From Omnitrophica WOR_2 bacterium RIFOXYA2_FULL_38_17 (lineage in GTDB: Bacteria > Omnitrophota > Gorgyraeia > Zapsychrales > Zapsychraceae): 64,000 bases of DNA. The stretch is taken from contig MHHG01000012.1 in assembly GCA_001805965.1 (NCBI GenBank), positions 220-64,219 of the forward strand. Reading direction: 5' to 3'. This document shows positions 11,103 through 20,229 of the stretch, in pieces (position 1 is the first letter of the stretch; each line of letters opens with the position of its first letter). The notes beneath the pieces were generated by a model. It did no database searches, was not told where the DNA came from, and saw only the letters and a program-made list of their open reading frames with translations. The translations under genes and the position numbers were made by a program.

Positions 11103-12541
11103 TATTTAACTTTTTTATCGATCAAATTTCCTTTGTGATCAAATAAGCTGACAACTAAGGGCATTTGCCCCATTGCGTGAGTTGCGCAGGATAAACAAGG
11201 ATCGTAGGCACGAATTGCAACTTCAATATGATTTAAAAGGCCTTCTGTGATTTCTGGCTTTCCGCTCAAATAAGTCTGGGCAACTTTCTCTACCGCAGTA
11301 TTCATAGGGACATTATTGTGTGTTGTTGAAACTATCAGGTTACACATTTCGATTTGATCATCTTTATTAACTTTATAGTGGTGGAACAGCGTCCCACGGG
11401 GCGCTTCAATAAGACCAACAGCTTCTTCTCTTCTTTTACCCTTTAATACAAGATCATTGCCTTGTAGGTCAGGATCATTCAGCAGCTCCTGTATCTTCTC
11501 TGCTGAGTGTAATGTTTCTATCATTCTAGTCCAGTGATATGCTAATGAAAGATTATTTGGCTTTCCGCCTGTTATAGCCATAAATTCTTTTCTAGCTTCT
11601 TCAGCTAAAGGAGTATCAATAAAATCACAAGCATTAACACGAGCTAATGGACCAACCCGATACCAGCCTTTTTCATGCCCTAAAGACTTTATGAATGGGA
11701 ATTTCATATATGACCATGATTTAACTTCTTCCGCAATATAATCAACATAATTATTGTAATCAACCTGATCGAATATTTTATTTCCATCTTTATCTATCGC
11801 TCTTAAATTTCCATGATAAAGGTCCATGGCACCATCTTCGCGGATAAGACATAAATGGTTAGAGTCAAAATTAGCAAATTCTTGGGCTAATGAAAGATTT
11901 TCAACAGTATAATCCTTGGCTATCTTTAAAGCGCCTTTTGCCCACTCGAGCATTTGTTCAATATCTTTGAGAAAAACATCTCGTTCTGCTATTGAAAGAT
12001 TCTTATTAACTCCACCCGGGATAGCGCCTGTACCATGAATCTTCTTTCCAGCAGTTGCTTTAATGATCTCTTGTCCATATTTACGCATCATAACACCCTG
12101 GACAGCAAGCCCTGGATATTTTTGAGCTATACCAATAACATTTCTAATCGCCGGATCAGCATCAAAGCCGAATAATAAATCTGGTGAACATAAATGGAAA
12201 AAATGCAAAACGTGTGATTGAAACATCTGGCCATAATGCATTAATCTTCTTATTTTTTCTGCAGTTGGGGTCAATTTATCGACGCCAACAATTCCATCCA
12301 TAGCTTTAGCTGCAGCCAAATGGTGGCTTACAGGGCATATTCCGCATAATCTTTGAACAAGAACTGGAACTTCCCAGTATGGGCGGCCTTTAATAAATCT
12401 CTCAAATCCACGGAATTCAACAATATGCAGACGAGCCTGCTTTATATTGTTTTTTTCATCCAACAAAAGAGACACTTTACCATGTCCCTCAACTCGAGTA
12501 ACTGGTTCAATTATTATTTTTTTTAAGTTACTATCACTCAC
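11102..12541 (-). CDS. hoxH: [NiFe]-hydrogenase large subunit, bidirectional NAD(P)-linked group 3 (HoxH-like)
   Basis: 479 aa with RVEGHG, the N-terminal Ni-binding RLCGICPVSHH and the C-terminal DPCLSCATH motif. The His is followed by a roughly 24-aa extension, the expected substrate of the adjacent protease. Confidence 0.9.
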   Translation of the reverse strand: MSDSNLKKIIIEPVTRVEGHGKVSLLLDEKNNIKQARLHIVEFRGFERFIKGRPYWEVPVLVQRLCGICPVSHHLAAAKAMDGIVGVDKLTPTAEKIRRLMHYGQMFQSHVLHFFHLCSPDLLFGFDADPAIRNVIGIAQKYPGLAVQGVMMRKYGQEIIKATAGKKIHGTGAIPGGVNKNLSIAERDVFLKDIEQMLEWAKGALKIAKDYTVENLSLAQEFANFDSNHLCLIREDGAMDLYHGNLRAIDKDGNKIFDQVDYNNYVDYIAEEVKSWSYMKFPFIKSLGHEKGWYRVGPLARVNACDFIDTPLAEEARKEFMAITGGKPNNLSLAYHWTRMIETLHSAEKIQELLNDPDLQGNDLVLKGKRREEAVGLIEAPRGTLFHHYKVNKDDQIEMCNLIVSTTHNNVPMNTAVEKVAQTYLSGKPEITEGLLNHIEVAIRAYDPCLSCATHAMGQMPLVVSLFDHKGNLIDKKVK

Positions 12542-12555
12542 AATAAATCTCCTTA

Positions 12556-13101
12556 TTAATCGTATTTGATCAATTCATATGGTAAATCAACAGGTTTATT
12601 TGTTAATAATGCAACTAAAGCCTCCCAAAGAGTATCTGCTGATGGTGGACAACCAGGCAGGTGATAATCCATCTTTACTACGTGATGACATGGATATACT
12701 TTGTTTAATATCAGTGGAAGTTCTTTATCATTTGGTGTTATATTTTCTGGGTTATATACTGTCGGCCCATCATGATAGGCTTCATCAAAACACTCTTTTA
12801 AAGGAATGTTGTTCCTCATTGCCGGAATACCGCCATCTATTGCACAGTCACCGCAAGAAATAAGAATATCGCAATTTTTTCTGAAATCTTGCAGCACATG
12901 GACATTCTCTTCATTACAGCATCCACCTTCCACAATCCCAACGGCACATCTTCCAGTAAATTTTTTAATGTCATCAACAGGAGATTTATCAAAATCAACT
13001 AGTTCAATAAGTTTGAGAATTCGGTCATCTATGTCTAGTAAAGACATGTGGCAACCGAAACATCCTGCTAAGGAAGTTGTTGCTACTTTTGGTTTTTCCA
13101 T
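12556..13101 (-). CDS. hoxY: [NiFe]-hydrogenase small subunit (HoxY-like, NuoB-type)
   Basis: 181 aa with TSLAGCFGCHMSLLD and further Cys ligands (GCCNEENVH, CGDCAIDGG, GCPP) of the proximal cluster. Confidence 0.85.
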   Translation of the reverse strand: MEKPKVATTSLAGCFGCHMSLLDIDDRILKLIELVDFDKSPVDDIKKFTGRCAVGIVEGGCCNEENVHVLQDFRKNCDILISCGDCAIDGGIPAMRNNIPLKECFDEAYHDGPTVYNPENITPNDKELPLILNKVYPCHHVVKMDYHLPGCPPSADTLWEALVALLTNKPVDLPYELIKYD

Positions 13102-13126
13102 TTTTATACCCTTTGCTTTAAAGCGT

Positions 13127-13831
13127 TTATGATTTTGTTACTTCGATATCTGAACCTATTGGCTGAGTATCGTACAATCTTTTACCGATCGGCACCGCAA
13201 AACCAACCCTTTTTTTGATAATAGCTCCTACAGGACATACATTTGCAGCTTTATCGGTTACTGACATATTTGTTCCAGCCAGCGTATCAGAGTTAACAGC
13301 AATTTTCTTATTTGCTCCGCGCCCTACAAATTCAAAAACTGACTTTCCATCAACATCTCTAGAAGCGTTAACACATCTTCCACAAAGAATGCATCTATTG
13401 CGATCAATAAAAATATCAGGATGGGTAGCATCTAAACTGCGATCAGGAAATTGAAAGGGATATTTTGGCGCACAAATTCCCAAACGATATGCAACTGCCT
13501 GAAGCTCACAATTCCCGCTCTTTTCACAAAACATGCAAAAATGATTTCCCTCAACGAAGAACATATCAATAATATTTCTTCTTTTTTCATTTAATTCATC
13601 AGTGTTGTTCTCAACCTCAACACCTTCCGCAATCGGTTGTGTACATGCTGCCTGAGCGCGCCCGTCAACCTTTACTGTACAAACACGGCAACTACCATGC
13701 GGTGTTAAATCTTTCATATAACATAACCGAGGGATATACACCCCTGCTTTATCAGCTGCCTCCATAATCGTTTGACCCGGACATCCTTTTACATCAACAC
13801 CATCAATTTTAAACGTTATTGTTTTATCCAT
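13127..13831 (-). CDS. hoxU: Hydrogenase diaphorase Fe-S subunit HoxU (2Fe-2S plus 4Fe-4S, NuoG N-terminal-like)
   Basis: 234 aa with a 2Fe-2S ferredoxin N-terminus (CRVCTV...C), then His/Cys cluster motifs (HFCMFCEKSGNCELQ, CILCGRCVNASR). Confidence 0.8.
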   Translation of the reverse strand: MDKTITFKIDGVDVKGCPGQTIMEAADKAGVYIPRLCYMKDLTPHGSCRVCTVKVDGRAQAACTQPIAEGVEVENNTDELNEKRRNIIDMFFVEGNHFCMFCEKSGNCELQAVAYRLGICAPKYPFQFPDRSLDATHPDIFIDRNRCILCGRCVNASRDVDGKSVFEFVGRGANKKIAVNSDTLAGTNMSVTDKAANVCPVGAIIKKRVGFAVPIGKRLYDTQPIGSDIEVTKS

Positions 13832-13851
13832 ATTGCAATTCCTTAAATTAA

Positions 13852-15663
13852 TTAATAAATAACTGATTTTCTTCCCTGAAGTGCTTCAGCAACTTCCAAA
13901 GATGCTTTGATATCAAACGTTGGCTGCCTACCGTCTTCATTGGTCTTTAAAACAGCCTCGTATACTTCTCTAAAATTCCTTATACTAGATGTAACAGGAT
14001 TTGGTGACGTCTGGCCCAAACCACAACGACTGGTGACCTTAACTGTGCTACAAAGGTCCTCTAAATATTTAATGTCAGAAGGTTCGCCTTTTCCTTCAAG
14101 TATTTCTTCTATTTTATTCAACAAAAGGACATTGCCAGTGCGGCATGGTGTACAATATCCGCAGCTTTCTTCAACAAAGAACTCTAAGTAACTCTTTACG
14201 ATTTCCAGAATATTGCGGGATGAATTAAATATAACAATTGATCCGCCAGTAGCCAGGTCATCATAGCAAATAATCCTGCCAAAATCCTTTTTGCCAATTA
14301 ACTGCCCAGAAGGTCCTCCAATTAGAACTGCTTTAGTGTCCTTTGCGCCAGCATCCTTTAACATGTCTGACACCTTTACCCCAAAATCATACTCATAGAT
14401 TCCCGGCTTAGAACAATCACCTGAAACACTTAAGATCTTTGTTCCAGTACTTCCTTTTGTTCCAATGACAGAATACCACGCGGCATCTTTTTCTATTATT
14501 CTGGCAACACTACAAAATGTTTCAACGTTGTTTACAGTTGTAGGTGAGGCTAAATATCCTTTTTGTGCCGGGAACGGAGGCCTTGTCTTTGGATCCCCCC
14601 TCAAACCCTCACAAGAACTTATCAATGCAGTTTCTTCACCACAAATATAAGCACCAGCCCCTATTTGAATACGAATATCAAAATTAAAACCATTTTTCCC
14701 GCAAATACTTTTACCTAAAAGACTGGCTTTTTTTCTTTTTGATAATTTGTTTTCTAGGAATGCTTTAAGATAAGAATATTCACCTCGCAAGTAAATGATA
14801 CCGGAATCTGAACCTATACAATACCCGCCGATTGCCATACCTTCACATAACATGTCAAACTTTTCAGTCAGCAATACTCGATCCTTGAAAGTTCCAGGCT
14901 CACCTTCGTCAGCATTACAAACAACATATTTCTTGTTCCCTTTTGCTGCCCTGGTAAATTCCCATTTCATACCCGTAGGAAATCCGGCCCCGCCACGGCC
15001 CCTGAGTTTTGATGATTTGATTATGGAGATAACATCCTCTGGTTTCAGGGTTATAGCTTTTTTTAATCCAGCCTCGGCTACACGCTCAACAAAGATAACT
15101 GAGCCTTTTTTTACTATATTGTTCTTGACCATTGACCTGACAAGCTCATCAGAATTATTACCATCACCAAATTCTTTAGTTAGTGATTCTGGCGATGCCC
15201 CACTCAGCAAAGCCTTTGAAATTGATTTTGCCTTATCTACAGACAAATTAGTGATTGCAACTTCATTAACCAAAATTGCAGGCGCCTGATCGCTTAAACC
15301 TATACATGGAGTATATTCTAATGAAATAGTCCCATCAGCAGAAGTTTGACCAACCTTAATACCTAAAGTTTCACTGAAAGCTTTTGCAATATTATCCGCA
15401 CCCTTCATTAGATCAACAACATCATTACAAATCCTTATAACAATTTTGCCCTTTTCCTCTTTCGAAAGAAAAGAATAGAAAGAAACAACGCTTTCAACAT
15501 CTACTCTTTGAACTTTTACCTGTTTTGCAATAAGTTCCATAGCATCGATAGTAACAGCTCCACAATTTTTCTGTACGGCTATAACAATATCCATTAGCCT
15601 TGCACGGTCGTTACCGCAAGATTCACAAGCTTTTTTGATTATTTGAAATAATTTCTCGCTCAT
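13852..15663 (-). CDS. hoxF: NAD(P)H-binding diaphorase subunit HoxF with a fused NuoE-like N-terminal domain (NuoE+NuoF homologue)
   Basis: 603 aa. The first ~150 aa form a thioredoxin-like 2Fe-2S NuoE-type domain (CESCGN..., TPCIGLSDQAPAILVN). The rest is NuoF-like, with the FMN/NADH motif GRGGAGFPTGMKW and the 4Fe-4S motif ESCGYCTPCR. Confidence 0.85.
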   Translation of the reverse strand: MSEKLFQIIKKACESCGNDRARLMDIVIAVQKNCGAVTIDAMELIAKQVKVQRVDVESVVSFYSFLSKEEKGKIVIRICNDVVDLMKGADNIAKAFSETLGIKVGQTSADGTISLEYTPCIGLSDQAPAILVNEVAITNLSVDKAKSISKALLSGASPESLTKEFGDGNNSDELVRSMVKNNIVKKGSVIFVERVAEAGLKKAITLKPEDVISIIKSSKLRGRGGAGFPTGMKWEFTRAAKGNKKYVVCNADEGEPGTFKDRVLLTEKFDMLCEGMAIGGYCIGSDSGIIYLRGEYSYLKAFLENKLSKRKKASLLGKSICGKNGFNFDIRIQIGAGAYICGEETALISSCEGLRGDPKTRPPFPAQKGYLASPTTVNNVETFCSVARIIEKDAAWYSVIGTKGSTGTKILSVSGDCSKPGIYEYDFGVKVSDMLKDAGAKDTKAVLIGGPSGQLIGKKDFGRIICYDDLATGGSIVIFNSSRNILEIVKSYLEFFVEESCGYCTPCRTGNVLLLNKIEEILEGKGEPSDIKYLEDLCSTVKVTSRCGLGQTSPNPVTSSIRNFREVYEAVLKTNEDGRQPTFDIKASLEVAEALQGRKSVIY

Positions 15664-15709
15664 ATAAAACTGTCCTTATTTAAATAGGTGAGTTAATAAA
15701 AATAATTAA

Positions 15710-15727
15710 TTGTGAAATTTATAACGA
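15710..15727. promoter_or_regulatory. Candidate Rex operator half-palindrome upstream of hoxF
   Basis: TTGTGAA-ATTT-ATAACGA lies 47 nt upstream of the hoxF start. The left half is a perfect Rex half-site (TTGTGAA) and the right half is degenerate. The rest of the promoter region is AT-rich. Confidence 0.25.
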
Positions 15728-15826
15728 TTGAATGTTCATCGTAATATACATTGTTTAAAAAGATTTTCAAGACTTTTTTGATTTAAATTATAAAAAAATA
15801 AGTTTTTAATATCCTAATTTATAAAA

Positions 15827-16264
15827 TTAAAGAGTGCTTCCTAAGATATAATTCTTCATTTCCTTCAAATTAAATTCCTGATCCGATATTATCCTGTTTA
15901 CAATATCACCAATACTTATAATTCCAACTAATTTACCATTATCAATAATTGGTATATGACGGATTTTCTTGTCTGTCATCATAGCCATACACTGGTCTAA
16001 TGTTTCATTAAGTGATGCGGTTATCAGATTAACAGTCATCAAATCAGAAACTTTAGCTTCTTTAATATTTACTTTTCCAGATATTGACCTTCTTGCGTAG
16101 TCCCTTTCTGAAAAAATCCCCTTAATAACACCAGATTCTTCGACAACAACAGCACCTAAATTCTTTTCAGCCATAAGTTTTAATGCACTATAAACAGTTT
16201 GATCAGGCTTTATTGTCCACACATCTGAACCTTTGTCTTGTAGAACTTGCTTTACTGTAAACAT
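15827..16264 (-). CDS. CBS-domain pair protein
   Basis: Two CBS repeats (for example GAVVVEESGVIKGIFSERDY and HIPIIDNGKLVGIISIGDIV). The likely start is M10 (MFTVKQ), preceded by a GGAGGGG RBS. It sits between hypB and hoxF. Confidence 0.7.
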   Translation of the reverse strand: MFTVKQVLQDKGSDVWTIKPDQTVYSALKLMAEKNLGAVVVEESGVIKGIFSERDYARRSISGKVNIKEAKVSDLMTVNLITASLNETLDQCMAMMTDKKIRHIPIIDNGKLVGIISIGDIVNRIISDQEFNLKEMKNYILGSTL

Positions 16265-16418
16265 GTAAGCCCCTCCTTTCTTAATAAACATGAGTAAAAT
16301 TGTACATTTATTATGTCACTGAAGTAATAAGTGTCAATAAAATATAGATTTGGGGCTTTAAAATATCTATTTATGTAAATAAATACAAATAAGGGAAAAA
16401 TTATTCAATTTAACAATA

Positions 16419-17102
16419 CTATTCTTCCGTTACAAATCTCGCTTGTTGTCCAACTGATTGACTGCGTTTTTCCTTCAGCCAGAAAATCCATTCATCCATG
16501 CCTGCTGATGTTTTTGAGGAAATTTCAAGGAAAGTCACGTTCGCGTTTAGCTTGGCAATATCGTCTTTGACCTTTTTAATATCAAAATCCAAAATCCCCA
16601 GAAGGTCCGATTTAGTCAATAAAACAATATCCGCAACCCTGAAAGTAGTCGGATACTTGGCAACTTTATCGTCTCCTTCGGGAACACTTAAAAGCACAAC
16701 TTTAAGATTTTCACCAAGGTCAAATTCGCCGGGACATACAAGATTACCAACATTTTCAATAAAAACATAATCAGCTTCATCTATGGCTAAGTCCTTAAGG
16801 CTTTCTGAAACTTGATTAGCATAAAGGTGACAACTCATGCCAGTATTTATCTGAACTGCCCTTAGGGCTATTCCAGATACACGGTCAGCATCTCTAGTTG
16901 TCTGAAGGTCGCCAACAATAACAATAGATTTTTGTTCTTTAAGGGCAGGGATCGTTTTTTCCAGAAGGGTCGTTTTTCCACTTCCGGGAGAACTTATGAT
17001 ATTTAATGCTAGCACCTTTGCCTTATTAAAAATCTTTCTATTTTCATTCGCGACAATATCATTCGCTTTTAAAACATTCTTAACCACGTTAACTTTCATC
17101 AT
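16419..17102 (-). CDS. hypB: Hydrogenase nickel-incorporation GTPase HypB
   Basis: 227 aa with the P-loop ISSPGSGKTTLLEKT, the CH motif (MSCHL) and ENVGNLVCP motifs of HypB. Confidence 0.9.
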   Translation of the reverse strand: MMKVNVVKNVLKANDIVANENRKIFNKAKVLALNIISSPGSGKTTLLEKTIPALKEQKSIVIVGDLQTTRDADRVSGIALRAVQINTGMSCHLYANQVSESLKDLAIDEADYVFIENVGNLVCPGEFDLGENLKVVLLSVPEGDDKVAKYPTTFRVADIVLLTKSDLLGILDFDIKKVKDDIAKLNANVTFLEISSKTSAGMDEWIFWLKEKRSQSVGQQARFVTEE

Positions 17103-17191
17103 AAAACTCTCTTTCTCTGGGTGCTATAAAACCTACTAATGTTTTCAAATAAAACTCTTAGAAAATGAATGTATTCTTAGCAAGGTTAACT

Positions 17192-17536
17192 TTATTTATC
17201 ACCTATAATCGCTTTAAGAATTATTTCATTTCCTTTTAATGTCTTAACATCTGCAAGATTACAGTTTTTACATAAAAAATCATCTATTGCTGGTTCAAAC
17301 TGACTTTTACATTTATTGCAAACAACTAAAGCCGGCACTTCTAAAATCGTTAAAACAGCATTTTCACATATAGTGTTTAATTTGACAGATTCGAAAGCTT
17401 CTTGCATAACTTCCGGGATAACTTGACGCAGCACACCAGTTTCCAGTTGGATTTCATCTATCTTGACCAATTTGTTTACTCTTGCAACATCCTCTATTTG
17501 ATCCATCAAGCTTATAACAATAGACAACTCGTGCAT
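17192..17536 (-). CDS. hypA: Hydrogenase nickel-insertion metallochaperone HypA
   Basis: 114 aa with the N-terminal MHELSI (His2) motif and the zinc-site CNKC...CKNC. Confidence 0.85.
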   Translation of the reverse strand: MHELSIVISLMDQIEDVARVNKLVKIDEIQLETGVLRQVIPEVMQEAFESVKLNTICENAVLTILEVPALVVCNKCKSQFEPAIDDFLCKNCNLADVKTLKGNEIILKAIIGDK

Positions 17537-17557
17537 TTAATTATTCCTGGAATATTC

Positions 17558-18169
17558 TTACTGAATATCGCAAAAAAGTGACAAAAATTCAATTGTTAGG
17601 TCAATGTTCTTAACAATAATTTCTTTGGGCACAGTTACTGTTGTCGGAGTAAAATTAACTATGCCTTTCAAACCGCTCTTTATAATGATATCTGCAACCT
17701 TTTGACTGTATTCGACCGGAACTGCAATAATCCCAATTTCGACATGCGAACTTGCAATTATTTTTTGTGCTTCTGATATTGAATAAATACTTACACCATT
17801 AATTTCTGTACCGATTTTTTTCTTATCGGTATCAAAAGCCGCCACCAACTTTACTTTGTCCTGGTGAAAACCCGGGTACTTCAACAATGCGGAGCCTAAA
17901 TTCCCCACACCGAACAATACTGCATGAACAATGTTTTGTAAAATATAATTCTCGAGAACTTGTTTTAATTCAGCTGTTCTATATCCTATTCTTGGCCGGC
18001 CTACTTTACCAAAATTGGAAATATCTTTTCTGATCTGCACATCAGATAAACCTGTTATTAACGCTAATTGGCTGGATGAAACAACTTCTTTTCTAGACTC
18101 GAGAAGCTGCGCAAGCGTTCGAATATATACTAAGGCCCTACTTATTGTCCTTTGAGGAAATTTTTTCAA
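17558..18169 (-). CDS. rex: Redox-sensing transcriptional repressor Rex
   Basis: 203 aa with an N-terminal winged HTH (RALVYIRTLAQL, LAL..GLSDVQIRKD, GYRTAEL) and a Rossmann NADH domain (LFGVGNLGSAL). Confidence 0.85.
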   Translation of the reverse strand: MKKFPQRTISRALVYIRTLAQLLESRKEVVSSSQLALITGLSDVQIRKDISNFGKVGRPRIGYRTAELKQVLENYILQNIVHAVLFGVGNLGSALLKYPGFHQDKVKLVAAFDTDKKKIGTEINGVSIYSISEAQKIIASSHVEIGIIAVPVEYSQKVADIIIKSGLKGIVNFTPTTVTVPKEIIVKNIDLTIEFLSLFCDIQ

Positions 18170-18266
18170 ATATTGTTACTCCTTTATGATATTCTGTAAC
18201 GATTAGGTCATTATAAGCTTTAATAGTCGTCACTTCAAGAACAAATAAATTAACTATGCTTTTTTA

Positions 18267-19226
18267 TCAAACGAATAACTTCCAGCACTTATGAATATTT
18301 TTATTCCTATAGTCTTCAGGTATAGTTCTTGGCGTTAATTCATGTATATGGTCAATAGGCAAATTATCCATACGCGGCTCAAAACATTGATGATTTGTAG
18401 AAAAAAACACTATCGATCTAGGAGCCATTAATTTTAAGACTTTTTTAATTAAATCCGGGTGATCTTCATTAACATCAAATGACTTGCCTGCCGCATTATC
18501 CTTAAAAAAAGAAGGTGGATCAATAACAGCTAAAGAAAAACGTCTTTTTTCTTTTGCTGCATTAAATAAAAATTCATAAACATCTGATTTCACCATTATG
18601 TGCTGTTCAGTATTGATCCCATTGAGCTTTAGATTATCCTTTGCCCAAGTTACATTTGTATCAGAGCGATCAACACTAATGCTGGAAACAGCTCCGCCTA
18701 AAGCAGCTGCACAAGTAAAAGCTCCAGTATAAGAGAACAAATTAAGGAAGTCTTTACCTTCTGCATTTTTCTTAACTATTGCCCTTGTTTCTCTATGATC
18801 AGAATATAACCCTGTATCTAAAAAATCACTTAGATTGACTTTGAATCTCAAGTCACCCTCATTTACAACCAGACAATCCTCTTTACTATCTATCCTGCTA
18901 TAACGTATTTCATTTTCTGTTTTAGTCCGCCTTTTTTTAATATATATTTTCTCTTTAGGGACATCCAATGTTTTACCAATAACATTTGCCATTTCCTTAA
19001 GCCAATAGTCACTACTCTGCTTTCTCACATATTCTGCAATAACAAGATGTCCTGCGTACCAGTCAACAACTAAGCGAATTTCAGGTATATCCCAGTCATA
19101 CAAACGAAAACAATCTATATTTTTGCGAGCAAATCTCTTTTTCAAATGCAAATATCTTTTGCGAATTCTATTTGATAATATTTCTGAATGCTGCGCAATC
19201 TTTTCTGAAGTAATAAATGCTGTCAA
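18267..19226 (-). CDS. Class I SAM-dependent RNA methyltransferase (RlmI/RlmK/RlmL-like)
   Basis: 319 aa with an N-terminal RNA-binding region, a Rossmann SAM motif LNLFSYTGAFTCAAALGGA and the catalytic VIDPPSF (DPPF/Y) motif. Confidence 0.55.
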   Translation of the reverse strand: MTAFITSEKIAQHSEILSNRIRKRYLHLKKRFARKNIDCFRLYDWDIPEIRLVVDWYAGHLVIAEYVRKQSSDYWLKEMANVIGKTLDVPKEKIYIKKRRTKTENEIRYSRIDSKEDCLVVNEGDLRFKVNLSDFLDTGLYSDHRETRAIVKKNAEGKDFLNLFSYTGAFTCAAALGGAVSSISVDRSDTNVTWAKDNLKLNGINTEQHIMVKSDVYEFLFNAAKEKRRFSLAVIDPPSFFKDNAAGKSFDVNEDHPDLIKKVLKLMAPRSIVFFSTNHQCFEPRMDNLPIDHIHELTPRTIPEDYRNKNIHKCWKLFV

Positions 19227-20227
19227 TGTAAACCACCATCAAATATAAAGTCTATCTTCTCTTTAAGTTTATTGGCAACAAACAACCTTCCTTTATCAAT
19301 AAGGTGCTCATTTGGCGAAAAATCTCCCTTCAAATCAGTTCTCCAGCTAAAATAGCTTGCTTTTAAGGTTAAACTTAAATCAATGATATCAAATCCTTCT
19401 TTGCTTGCTATTTTCTTTATAACAGAAACATTATCATTAATTCTTCTTTGAAATTCTGGCCCAACTGCTTTGTTCCCAGATTCATAATCAATTGGAGTTA
19501 CATAAAAAATGACGTTAATATTGTTTAACTTAGCCATTTTATTAATTCTCAACATTGAGCTTATTTTTCTATGTTCTTTTCCAAGAGAATACATGTAATG
19601 AAAGATAAATTTATCTTTAATATACTTTTCCGATTTCCAATCGCTATAACGCCGTGACAGAAATTCCTTTACCCTTCCCACAGCTTTATCTCCGTTATAA
19701 ACAATTGCATTGTTATAATCATGATCTTTTATTTTCGGCAAGAACAGCTTAAAAACCGCAAGCGGCTTATAAAACACTCTAAATATCCAGTTATTGTAAT
19801 TCTTCATAGCAATATTCTCTTCTTCAAATTGATATCCTGGATTCATGTTCCACTGAGGTGAAAAACTGCGCATATTTATTGGAATGATCAGGATCTTTAC
19901 ATTCTTGTGTTCAGCTATAAAAAACCTAATCATGTTTTCATATAAATCCAGATGATATGCAGGACTATTAAACTCATGCAAACTTAACTGCGGGTAAAAT
20001 CCTGAAAGTATTTTAAAAATTGATTTATCAATGTCGTCTTCTTTTGCATGAAAATAAACTGAGCTGTCGCCAAACCCCACAATATCATTCTCCTTTTGCA
20101 ATTCTTTGCTCAGCATATTTACAATTGCAGGAAATTCCTGGGGAAGAATCAAATAAAATACACATTGAAGCAATAACAATACTAAAAGTATTAGGAGTAA
20201 CTTGAATATAAATCTGTTTAAATTCAT
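19223..20227 (-). CDS. Putative SGNH/AlgJ-DltD-like O-acyltransferase partner protein with N-terminal signal anchor
   Basis: The likely start is MNLNRFIFKLLLILLVLL (TM anchor) at 20227; the track ORF extends further into the MBOAT gene. It contains VGFGDSSVYF (GDS-like) and sits immediately downstream of the MBOAT gene. Confidence 0.4.
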   Translation of the reverse strand: MNLNRFIFKLLLILLVLLLLQCVFYLILPQEFPAIVNMLSKELQKENDIVGFGDSSVYFHAKEDDIDKSIFKILSGFYPQLSLHEFNSPAYHLDLYENMIRFFIAEHKNVKILIIPINMRSFSPQWNMNPGYQFEEENIAMKNYNNWIFRVFYKPLAVFKLFLPKIKDHDYNNAIVYNGDKAVGRVKEFLSRRYSDWKSEKYIKDKFIFHYMYSLGKEHRKISSMLRINKMAKLNNINVIFYVTPIDYESGNKAVGPEFQRRINDNVSVIKKIASKEGFDIIDLSLTLKASYFSWRTDLKGDFSPNEHLIDKGRLFVANKLKEKIDFIFDGGLH

Positions 20228-20229
20228 AA

